Source: Pirellula staleyi DSM 6068 (lineage in GTDB: Bacteria; Planctomycetota; Planctomycetia; Pirellulales; Pirellulaceae). Taken from it: a stretch of DNA of 32,000 nt. The notes beneath the pieces were generated by a model. The model was not told where the DNA came from. It ran no database searches and was given only the letters and a program-made list of their open reading frames with translations. Below are positions 8,916 to 16,435 of the stretch, piece by piece (the stretch's first letter is position 1; each line of letters opens with the position of its first letter). The stretch lies in NCBI GenBank assembly GCA_000025185.1, contig CP001848.1, positions 4,080,001-4,112,000 on the forward strand, given 5' to 3'. A program made the translations under genes and the position numbers.

Positions 8916-9694
8916 TTGGCGATCTCCGCAGCAGAGTTCCAGGTGCGAATCGCGCTGTCGTCGACTTTGTCCAGCTGCGAGTATTGCGGGTGCTTCGACT
9001 GTTTATAGGGATCGTTGCGGCGGGCGTTGTAGCAGCAAATCAGCGACCAACGCGGGTCGCTCGAGGTGTTGGCGTCGCTCCGATGGAGCAAGTTGCTGTC
9101 GAAGAAAATCGCATCGCCAGGCTGGCACTCGACATACACCAGTTCCATCGTTTTCATCGCCGCTTCCACTCGCTCGAGGTCGGCTCCGGTTTGATCGCCG
9201 GTCTTGCCGTGATCGATCCGACCCATGTGGTGCGAACCTCGCAGCACTTGCAGACAGCCGTTCGCTTTGGTCGCAGCAGAAACCGCAATCAGCGAGCTGG
9301 CAAGGAGCGGGAAGAGACAGCCGTTGTTGTACCAGTAGCCGTAATCCTGGTGCCATTCCCAAGCCCCACCGACATGCGGCTCTTTGAGCATCATTTTCAT
9401 GTGATAGAGATAGACTTCGCCACCGAGCGCTTGCTCCATCCGGTCGACGATGCGTGGCGAGCGAGCAAACATGCTGTAGAGGTCGCTGCCGGCATGATTC
9501 CAGAGAGCGAGCTTTGTCTCCTTGCCAGTGGCATCGCGGCGGCCGTAAAGGCTTCCCGCAAAGGCGGCATCGCTTTGAGCGAAATCGAGGAGTTTGCTGA
9601 TCTCGTCGCGATCGAACAAACCCCGCACGACAAAAAATCCATCTTGGACGTAAGCCGCCAGTTCGCTGCTGTTGAAAGTTCGCGTCACACTCAT
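8912..9694 (-). CDS. Phytanoyl-CoA dioxygenase (PhyH) family Fe(II)/2-oxoglutarate-dependent oxygenase
   Basis: The 260-aa ORF has the N-terminus YVQDGFFVVRGLF, the iron-binding WHQDYGYW (HxD) motif, a distal His in SHHMGRIDHG, and the LLHRSDAN tail typical of PhyH proteins. GGAG lies 11 nt upstream of the ATG. Confidence 0.85.
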   Translation of the reverse strand: MSVTRTFNSSELAAYVQDGFFVVRGLFDRDEISKLLDFAQSDAAFAGSLYGRRDATGKETKLALWNHAGSDLYSMFARSPRIVDRMEQALGGEVYLYHMKMMLKEPHVGGAWEWHQDYGYWYNNGCLFPLLASSLIAVSAATKANGCLQVLRGSHHMGRIDHGKTGDQTGADLERVEAAMKTMELVYVECQPGDAIFFDSNLLHRSDANTSSDPRWSLICCYNARRNDPYKQSKHPQYSQLDKVDDSAIRTWNSAAEIAK

Positions 9695-9948
9695 CGCACG
9701 ATTTACTCCGCCTAGAAACTTCGGCTGTCGCTGCGTGATCGGTCGGTCAAACCGAGGCTCGCTCGATTGCTGCTCGATTTGTCTGCCCGTATTCTATGTC
9801 TCGAGAGGCGGTGGGAACAGCCGACCGAACTATTGGCACACTACCAACTTGTGCTCGTCGTTCCTACAATCGATTGCCTGCTAACTTGGCCCCGTTTACG
9901 ACTTCATCCCCGCGTCTCGTTCGCCAACTCGACTTTCAGGAACTGCCG

Positions 9949-11661
9949 ATGGCGACCCTTTTCGTCATGCAAGGCCGCGATCGCGGCAAACGCTTCGAAC
10001 TAGGGGATCTTCCGCTCTCGATGGGGCGCGAAAGTGGCAACCGCGCGCAGCTGCAAGATAATGAAGTTTCGCGGCGGCATGCCGAAGTTCGAAAGGTCGA
10101 TGGAGGCTTCGTGCTGTTCGACCTGGGCAGCAGCAATGGCACGTTTGTGAATGCTCAGCAAGTGAGCGAGCACAAACTGAGCACCGGCGATCGATTGCAG
10201 CTGGGACGCACCATGATGGTGTTTAGCGACGACGATTCCGGTTCGCTGAACTCGCTGGTGCACGAGGTGAATATCGTCACGCACACCGCCGACGATGGTG
10301 GCTCGCGAATCGTCCGTTCGGTTCGACCCGATGAAGCCGCTGGCGATTTATCGGCAGGCGGAAGTGCCGAAAGTCCGTGGCTTGCACGAGCACGATCGAA
10401 TTTGCAAATCATGTACCGCACAGCACTTGCGGTGAGTCATACGCTCGACATCGATCAGCTGCTGCAGCGCATTTTGGAGATGATTTTCGAGTGGGTCGAA
10501 GCCGATCGCGGCTGCGTGATGATGATCGACCACGAGACTGGCGAGCTCACGCCGATTGCCAGTCGAAACCGGCGGGGAGTGAAAGTCGACGAGCGATTGG
10601 CGATCAGCCGCACGATTCTCGACTTTGTGATGGACCATAAAGAGGGTGTACTCACGAGCGATGCCCGCGACGACAGCCGCTGGGATGCGACCGATGGGAG
10701 TATTGTGACGCTCGGTGTTCGCGAGGCGATTTGCGTTCCGCTGCAGGGGCGCTATGGAATTGTCGGCGTCATCTACATCGATACCTACACCCCTCCCGGC
10801 AAGAGTCTCGAGCGGCGCATCGGAAATCGCTTCTCCGAGGAGCATCTGAAGCTGATGGTGGCGATCGGTCATCAGGCGGCTTTAGCGGTCGAAGATACGT
10901 CGTACTATTCCGCGATGGTGCAGGCCGAACGCTTGGCGGCGATGGGGCAAACCATTGCCACGCTGTCGCACCACATCAAGAACATTCTGCAGGGCATTCG
11001 AGGAGGGAGCTTCCTGATTGAAGAGGGGCTCCGCGTGACCGATAACGATGTGGTCCGCAAAGGTTGGCGGATCGTCGAAAAGAACCAGGAACGGATCTCG
11101 AACCTGGTGATGGACATGCTGACGTTCAGCAAGCAGCGCGAGCCCGATCCGGTGGCTGCTGATATGAACGAGTGCGTGTCGGACGTCGTCGAGTTGATGC
11201 AGACCCGAGCACACGAAGCTGAAGTCGAACTGCTGTTCCATCCGTTCGAGGGGCTTCCGCTGCTGATGGCCGATCCCGATCTGCTCCACCGGGCCATTTT
11301 GAACGTGGTGACCAACGCCATCGATGCCTGCGAAAAACAGCCGGGGGGAAAAGTGGAAGTGTCGGTCACCTATCTCCCCAGCGAAAAGCTGCTGCGCATT
11401 GCAGTGGCTGATAACGGTGAGGGGATTCAGCCCGACGATATCAAGAAGATCTTCTCGGTCTTCGAGTCACGCAAAGGTGCTCGTGGGACAGGTCTCGGGC
11501 TTCCGGTGAGCCAGAAGATTCTGCGCGAGCATGGTGGCGATGTGCGGGTCGAAAGCACCGTCGGGGCAGGGAGCACTTTCTATCTCGAGATCCCGGCCCA
11601 TTTGCCCGATGCCTCGAAAACGAGCAACACCCTGTTCTCACCGCCAGAAATGCCGCAGTAG
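9949..11661 (+). CDS. Cytoplasmic sensor histidine kinase with an FHA-GAF-HisKA-HATPase_c architecture
   Basis: The FHA domain is MGRESGNRAQLQDNEVSRRHAEV...LGSSNGTFVN. A GAF-like region covers about aa 200-370. The H-box is LSHHIKNILQGIRGG, and the ATPase N/G boxes are NVVTNAIDAC, DNGEGI and GTGLGLPVS. No transmembrane segment is visible. I prefer the ATG at 9949 (AGGAA upstream) over the track start at 9796. Confidence 0.85.
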   Translation: MATLFVMQGRDRGKRFELGDLPLSMGRESGNRAQLQDNEVSRRHAEVRKVDGGFVLFDLGSSNGTFVNAQQVSEHKLSTGDRLQLGRTMMVFSDDDSGSLNSLVHEVNIVTHTADDGGSRIVRSVRPDEAAGDLSAGGSAESPWLARARSNLQIMYRTALAVSHTLDIDQLLQRILEMIFEWVEADRGCVMMIDHETGELTPIASRNRRGVKVDERLAISRTILDFVMDHKEGVLTSDARDDSRWDATDGSIVTLGVREAICVPLQGRYGIVGVIYIDTYTPPGKSLERRIGNRFSEEHLKLMVAIGHQAALAVEDTSYYSAMVQAERLAAMGQTIATLSHHIKNILQGIRGGSFLIEEGLRVTDNDVVRKGWRIVEKNQERISNLVMDMLTFSKQREPDPVAADMNECVSDVVELMQTRAHEAEVELLFHPFEGLPLLMADPDLLHRAILNVVTNAIDACEKQPGGKVEVSVTYLPSEKLLRIAVADNGEGIQPDDIKKIFSVFESRKGARGTGLGLPVSQKILREHGGDVRVESTVGAGSTFYLEIPAHLPDASKTSNTLFSPPEMPQ

Positions 11662-11942
11662 GGCGATCGACTCGACCTATTCTCGCCCGTCTACCTAGAC
11701 TGCCGATTTCTGGTCTCTTCAGTGGTCTGCGAGGCGGTAAAACCCGCACCATCGACCCATCAAACCGCATTGATTAGCGGTGCCTATGCGGCCACAAACG
11801 GTGAGTAAACCGTTATTAGTGCGGGAGATGCTAGCAATGTGCTGCGCCTGTGGGCGGTTAGCCGTCGCGCATGCTTCGTTTTTGAGCAAGAAAACCGATC
11901 ACTGGCGACATCCGATTGCACACTCGTTGGCGCTCAGAAACT

Positions 11943-11959
11943 TTTTGAACTTTTCAAAA
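11943..11959. promoter_or_regulatory. 17-bp palindrome TTTTGAA-N3-TTCAAAA; candidate activator (UAS) site
   Basis: It is a perfect 7-bp inverted repeat with a 3-bp spacer inside an AT-rich patch. It lies about 85 nt upstream of the sigma54-like -24 element, a typical enhancer-binding-protein distance. Confidence 0.2.
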
Positions 11960-12032
11960 TGAGCGTAAATTATTGTTTTTCAATGGATTACAGCATCTTC
12001 CAGGAAAGATTTCGGTTCCCTCTCGCAGGCTT

Positions 12033-12048
12033 TGGCACACCGAGTGCA
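12033..12048 (+). promoter_or_regulatory. Sigma54 (RpoN)-type -24/-12 promoter candidate
   Basis: The sequence is TTGGCACAccgaGTGCAT, compared with the consensus YTGGCACG-N4-TTGCW. GG is at 12034-12035 and GC at 12046-12047, exactly 10 nt apart. It is the only TGGCAC site in the window with correct spacing, and it lies in a gene-free region facing the hairpin array. Confidence 0.35.
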
Positions 12049-12242
12049 TTTCTCCTTTACCACAGAGCTGGAGTCCAGTAGGAGCAAGATGCTCCTCCGC
12101 GATCGGCTGAATGATTCAGCCACCGGCCCGATTGCTCACCATCGACGGTGTAATCCTGGTGAGGCAGCCTGCTGACCGAGGCGTGATGAGGTCAAGCTCC
12201 TGCCAACAAACCGCTGGGTTGCCCGCGACATCGACCGTTGCA

Positions 12243-12295
12243 GTCCGGGACAGGAATGAAGGGGAGGGAGAGGCCTCTTTGTTTTTGTCCCGGAC
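12243..12295 (+). ncRNA. Hairpin copy 1 (22-bp stem, loop AGGGAGAGG)
   Basis: The 5' arm GTCCGGGACAGGAATGAAGGGG (12243-12264) pairs without interruption with the 3' arm CCTCTTTGTTTTTGTCCCGGAC (12274-12295). That gives 17 Watson-Crick plus 5 G-U pairs. The loop is at 12265-12273. Confidence 0.55.
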
Positions 12296-12457
12296 GCAGC
12301 CGGACGACCAAAGACGAGCGAATGATTCGCAGCCGCCTAGGTCACCGATGACAACCGTGAGCTCCGAACACTTAGCTTCAGACAAACAGATGTTGGAACG
12401 TTGCCTGCTGAGCTAATCGCGGCGAGTTCAAACAACCGATCGTAATCGCCCGTTGCA

Positions 12458-12510
12458 GCCTGGGACGTGAATTTAGGGGAGGGAGAGGCCTCTGGATTTA
12501 TGTCCCAGGC
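12458..12510 (+). ncRNA. Hairpin copy 2 (22-bp stem, loop AGGGAGAGG)
   Basis: The 5' arm GCCTGGGACGTGAATTTAGGGG (12458-12479) pairs without interruption with CCTCTGGATTTATGTCCCAGGC (12489-12510). That gives 17 Watson-Crick plus 5 G-U pairs. The loop is at 12480-12488. Confidence 0.55.
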
Positions 12511-12725
12511 GCTTACGGGGGCGAATCAAAAGGGTTTCGACCCCCCAAAGGTTTCGGAACCGAACTTGGATGAAGACTGGCTCGAGGATGCGGGCGTTGC
12601 CATAACGTTTACGGTTTCCTCGCTGGTTCTTCTTACATCCGAGTGACGATGATGGAACCTGGATCACCGACCTGCCCAGCAGGTCGACTGATTCCGACAA
12701 AACATGTTTGCTATCGCCCGTTGCT

Positions 12726-12778
12726 GCTCGGAGCATGAATTCTGGGGAGGGAGAGGCCCTTGGATTGATGCTCCGAGC
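12726..12778 (+). ncRNA. Hairpin copy 3 (22-position stem, loop AGGGAGAGG)
   Basis: The 5' arm GCTCGGAGCATGAATTCTGGGG (12726-12747) pairs with CCCTTGGATTGATGCTCCGAGC (12757-12778). That gives 18 Watson-Crick pairs, 2 G-U pairs and 2 internal mismatches (T12743/T12761, G12737/G12767). The loop is at 12748-12756. Confidence 0.5.
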
Positions 12779-12828
12779 TCGACGGCGGGTGACTCGAAAA
12801 TAAAACCGACAGGTTGCCGACCAAACGC

Positions 12829-12890
12829 TTTAAAGCCTTGGTCTATCGGAGGGAGAGGCCGGTAGATCGAGGCTTTAAGCATTTCTTGCC
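12829..12890 (+). terminator. Hairpin copy 4 (21-bp stem, loop AGGGAGAGG) followed by a U-rich tract; candidate terminator of the hairpin-array transcript
   Basis: TTTAAAGCCTTGGTCTATCGG (12829-12849) pairs without interruption with CCGGTAGATCGAGGCTTTAAG (12859-12879). That gives 17 Watson-Crick plus 4 G-U pairs. It is followed by CATTTCTTGCC and lacks the 5' flank shared by copies 1-3. Confidence 0.4.
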
Positions 12891-13055
12891 CGAGCTGTTG
12901 TCGCTCAGCATCCCAGCAGCCCTGTGCGCCTCATGAGTACCTCGCGGGCAGCTTTCCAGTTTCAGCTGCGAGGTCATCGCGAACTCCGCCGAGCATCTGG
13001 TGTCATGCAGGGAGAATATCTCCACTTGATCCACGACCTCTGCTAGCTCTCCGCC

Positions 13056-13706
13056 ATGATTCCGCGCGTCAAGATCTGCTGCATTTCGAGCTCCTGGGAA
13101 CTCGCCACCGCAGTGGCCCATGGAGCCTCCGCCGTCGGGCTCGTGTCGGCTATGCCGAGTGGTCCAGGGGTGATCGACGAACCCCTCATTGCCCAGTTGG
13201 CCCGCGAAACGCCTCCCGGCGTGGCGTCGTTTCTGCTCACCAGCCTGCAATCGGCCTCGGCGATCGTCGACCAGCATCAGCGGACTCGAACTAGCACTGT
13301 ACAAATCTGCGATGCAGTTCCCATCGCCGACTACGCTTCTCTGCGGGCCGGTATGCCGGGAGCCAAGCTCGTGCAGGTGATCCACGTGGAAGGAGAGGCC
13401 GCGCTCGACGAAGCGCTGCAAGTGGCCCCTCACGTCGACGCCATTTTGCTCGATAGTGGCCGGCCTAATCAGTCGACCAAAGAGCTCGGTGGCACGGGAC
13501 GTGTGCACGACTGGCGTGTGAGCCAAAAAATTCGTGAGCAGGTGGGAGTTCCGATCTACTTAGCGGGTGGTTTGCACCCCAACAACGTGCGTCGAGCGAT
13601 CGACGAAGTGGGACCGTTCGGCCTCGATTTGTGCAGCAGTGTACGGACCGAAGGCGTCCTTGACCCGCGAAAGCTCGAAGCGTTCTTTCGTGCTGTTCGG
13701 GCCTAG
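13056..13706 (+). CDS. trpF: N-(5'-phosphoribosyl)anthranilate isomerase
   Basis: The 216-aa ORF has the N-terminus MIPRVKICCISS (the PRAI VKICGI-type motif), a (beta/alpha)8 pattern, and the C-terminal GLDLCSSVR phosphate-binding region. It stands alone, with no other trp genes adjacent. Confidence 0.88.
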   Translation: MIPRVKICCISSSWELATAVAHGASAVGLVSAMPSGPGVIDEPLIAQLARETPPGVASFLLTSLQSASAIVDQHQRTRTSTVQICDAVPIADYASLRAGMPGAKLVQVIHVEGEAALDEALQVAPHVDAILLDSGRPNQSTKELGGTGRVHDWRVSQKIREQVGVPIYLAGGLHPNNVRRAIDEVGPFGLDLCSSVRTEGVLDPRKLEAFFRAVRA

Positions 13707-13862
13707 ACTTACAAAAAATTCTGCTCGTCGAATTGCCGCGCATCGCCGTTTCATAATTGCGTTGGCTACAAGGCTCGTCGATAATAGATAGGCTACTAGC
13801 TGCGCTTCGATCGCGCGGCGATTGGACCCGTCGATTCCTCCCATCGATTGAGCAACCACGTT

Positions 13863-16343
13863 ATGACGAGTTTCGTCGAAAAGCTTCGCTGGAAGTTCCT
13901 CGCGCTACTGCTTGCCGCAGGATCGCTTGTCAAGGCTAACGCTGCTGACGAGCCGATCAACTTCCATACCCAGGTGGTGCCGATTCTGCAGTCGACCTGC
14001 ATCAAGTGCCACACTGGTCGCGAGGCCAAAGGTGGCTTGCGGATGGAAACTCGCGAGCAGCTGATGGCCGGCGGAGACAGCGGAGCTGTGGTGACGGTGG
14101 GAAGTGGCGAAAAAAGTTTGCTCTGGCAACTCGCTGCGGGAAAAGAAGCCGACCGAATCATGCCGGCCCAAGGCCCCCGTTTGACCGAAGAGCAACTGGC
14201 GATTGTCAAACGCTGGATTGATGAAGGAGCCACTTGGGAAGAAGGCTTTCGCTTCAAATCGACCGAGCCAAAGCCGCTGCCGCCACGCATCGTGGAACTG
14301 CCACCGATGCCCAGCGGAATTGCTGGCGATCATCCGATCGATCGAATACTGGGCCACTATCTCGAGTCGCATGGCATCGAGCAATCGCAGCTCGTCGACG
14401 ACCGGATGTACTTGCGCCGCGTGAGCATGGATCTTGTCGGGGAACTTCCCTCCGAAGAACTCGCTGCTACGTTCCTGGCTGATAAAGCTGCCGATAAACG
14501 TGCCAAGCTTGTCGCGCAGCTGCTAGCCGATCGACAAGCCTATGCCGAGCACTGGCTCTCGTTTTGGAACGACCACTTGCGCAACGCCTATCGCGGAACC
14601 GGGTTCATTGATGGTGGTCGCAAGCAGATCACAACTTGGCTCTATCAGGCGCTCGTCGACAACAAGCCTTACGACAAGTTTGTGCACGAACTGATTAGCC
14701 CAGTGCCGGGAAGCGAAGGGTTCTCGACCGGCATTGTGTGGCGCGGAACAGTGAACGCGAGTCAGCGTCCCGAGATGCAGGCCGCACAAAATATCGGCCA
14801 GGTGTTTCTCGGCACGAATCTCAAGTGCGCATCGTGTCACGATAGTTTTGTGAATCACTGGAAACTAACCGACGCTTATGGTCTCGCCGCTGTTTTCGCC
14901 GAGAAAGATCTCGAAATTCATCGCTGCGACAAACCAACGGGCGAGACGGCGACTCCCGGTTTTGTGTATCCACAGCTGGGGGCGATTAGCTCGCAGTTGC
15001 CTCGCGCCGAGCGGATGAAACAACTGGCCGACCTGATGGTGCATCCTGAAAACGGAAGGCTTGCGCGGGTGATGGTCAACCGCTTGTGGAGCCAACTGAT
15101 GGGGCGCGGCATTGTGGAACCACTCGACGACCTCGATCAAGATCCTTGGAGCAGCGACTTGCTCGATTGGCTGGCGGTCGATCTGGCCAATCATGGCTAC
15201 GATCTGAAGCATACCCTCGCGCTCATTTGCACGTCGCGCGCTTATCAAATGCCAGCTGTCGATGCCCCCAAGGCAGAAGAAGCTGAGTACTTGTTTCGCG
15301 GTCCAATCGTGCGACGCATGTCGGCCGAGCAGTTCGTCGATGCTGCTGCGGTGCTCACTGCGAGTCGTCCCGCGAAACCGGCAATCGACCTGCCTGTGGT
15401 GAATGACGATGGTGCCAAACCTGCCGACATCAAGTTCGCTGGGCGTTGGATTTGGAATGATCGACTCGCTGTCGATGCTGCGGAGGGTGGCCGCATCTAC
15501 TTACGAAAAACCTTCGAGCTGAAATCGGCTGTCAAACGTGCGTTTGCGGTGGTCAGCTGCGATAACCAGTTTGAACTGTTTGTAGGTGGCAAAAAAGTTG
15601 CCTCGGGCAATGTGTGGAACGAGCCGACCGTGGTCGAGATCACTCGCGACTTGGCAGTCGGATCGAACACCGTGGCTGCCATCGCGATCAACTGGCCCGA
15701 TGTCGAGGGGAATAACGGAACCGAGATTAAAGGGAAAAATCCCGCCGGATTTGTCGCATCGCTTGCCATTGAACTCGATAGCGGCAAGTGGCTGAACATC
15801 GGTAGCGATCCTAGCTGGCTGGTGGCCAGCGCGAAGCCCGAGGGGGATTGGACTTCACCTTCGTACGACGACAAGGGATGGAGCAAGGCGGCACAAGTGG
15901 CACCGATCGATGGGGTGCCTTGGCGTTTGGCGAATACGCTCCAAGAGCGCGCGCAACAAGTTGCTGGAACGCGCGCTTTTGCGCAAGTTCGCGCGGCTGT
16001 GGTCAACGACGATGCACTGATGCGTGCCCTGGGACGCCCCAATCGCGAACAGGTGGTCACGCGCCGCGATAGTGTCGCCACCACGCTGCAAGCACTGGAA
16101 CTCACCAACGGCAGCACGCTCGATGATATGCTCACGCGCGGCGCAAAGCATTGGCTAACGCAGGAAAAAACGAGCCCCGAGATGCTGGTAACTCGCATCT
16201 ACGAGCAAGCGGTGGGACGTGCTCCCACGACCAGCGAACGAGAGATCGCCGTCACTGTCATGGGTAATCAGCCCGACGTAAATGGCGTCAAGGATTTGCT
16301 CTGGATCGTGCTGATGCTGCCCGAGTTTCAGCTGGTGTATTAG
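13863..16343 (+). CDS. Planctomycete cytochrome-c domain / DUF1549 / DUF1553 (PSD1-type) protein with an inserted beta-sandwich domain
   Basis: It has the signal peptide MTSFVEKLRWKFLALLLAAGSLVKANA and the heme-binding CxxCH in FHTQVVPILQSTCIKCH (PSCyt type). A DUF1549-like region follows (IDRILGHYLESHGI...), and a DUF1553-like C-terminus ends LLWIVLMLPEFQLVY. I prefer the ATG at 13863 over the TTG at 13848. Confidence 0.9.
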   Translation: MTSFVEKLRWKFLALLLAAGSLVKANAADEPINFHTQVVPILQSTCIKCHTGREAKGGLRMETREQLMAGGDSGAVVTVGSGEKSLLWQLAAGKEADRIMPAQGPRLTEEQLAIVKRWIDEGATWEEGFRFKSTEPKPLPPRIVELPPMPSGIAGDHPIDRILGHYLESHGIEQSQLVDDRMYLRRVSMDLVGELPSEELAATFLADKAADKRAKLVAQLLADRQAYAEHWLSFWNDHLRNAYRGTGFIDGGRKQITTWLYQALVDNKPYDKFVHELISPVPGSEGFSTGIVWRGTVNASQRPEMQAAQNIGQVFLGTNLKCASCHDSFVNHWKLTDAYGLAAVFAEKDLEIHRCDKPTGETATPGFVYPQLGAISSQLPRAERMKQLADLMVHPENGRLARVMVNRLWSQLMGRGIVEPLDDLDQDPWSSDLLDWLAVDLANHGYDLKHTLALICTSRAYQMPAVDAPKAEEAEYLFRGPIVRRMSAEQFVDAAAVLTASRPAKPAIDLPVVNDDGAKPADIKFAGRWIWNDRLAVDAAEGGRIYLRKTFELKSAVKRAFAVVSCDNQFELFVGGKKVASGNVWNEPTVVEITRDLAVGSNTVAAIAINWPDVEGNNGTEIKGKNPAGFVASLAIELDSGKWLNIGSDPSWLVASAKPEGDWTSPSYDDKGWSKAAQVAPIDGVPWRLANTLQERAQQVAGTRAFAQVRAAVVNDDALMRALGRPNREQVVTRRDSVATTLQALELTNGSTLDDMLTRGAKHWLTQEKTSPEMLVTRIYEQAVGRAPTTSEREIAVTVMGNQPDVNGVKDLLWIVLMLPEFQLVY

Positions 16344-16435
16344 TCGAAATTCGTCAATTACTCATTTCAAAATAGTTCGTACTTCCGTAAGAAGTCTTGC
16401 CAACCTCTTCGCAAGGTCTTGAAGGAATCTTTACG

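Larger units (their letters stand above)
12230..12890 (+). repeat. Array of four paralogous long hairpins sharing the loop AGGGAGAGG; candidate multi-hairpin non-coding RNA
   Basis: See the four individual copies. Copies 1-3 also share a 13-nt 5' flank, ATCG(A/C)CCGTTGC(A/T). Hairpin starts are spaced 215, 268 and 103 nt apart. The conserved core falls in three different reading frames on either strand. Confidence 0.8.

Noticed and set aside
12111-12882. Small ORFs crossing the hairpin units (12111-12416 +, 12116-12385 -, 12473-12736 -, 12664-12882 -), plus short ORFs starting at TTG 12285, ATG 12500 and ATG 12768 inside the 3' arms
   Set aside because: The conserved core is read in a different frame in each unit on both strands. 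The putative peptides (43, 48 and 11 aa) share nothing beyond the codons fixed by the stem. The start codons at an aligned position are explained by base-pairing with the 5' arm.
12230-12890. CRISPR array or integron attC/cassette array as an interpretation of the hairpin repeats
   Set aside because: The spacing is irregular (215, 268, 103 nt), and the repeat stems are not identical. No cas or intI gene is in the window. The outer ends lack the RYYYAAC/GTTRRRY core sites. The many G-T pairs fit RNA structure, not DNA repeats.
13386-13400. A further GGAGAGGCC occurrence inside trpF, and another at 31809-31822
   Set aside because: Neither has the full AGGGAGAGG loop, the long flanking stem or the conserved 5' flank. 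The one at 13386 encodes EGEA within trpF. The one at 31798-31825 forms a different small hairpin (GCCTCTC/GAGAGGC). I treat both as chance similarity.
12843-13526. 227-aa ORF on the - strand
   Set aside because: It is antisense to trpF and extends into hairpin copy 4. Its end (GLSLR then stop) is simply the complement of the conserved hairpin loop.
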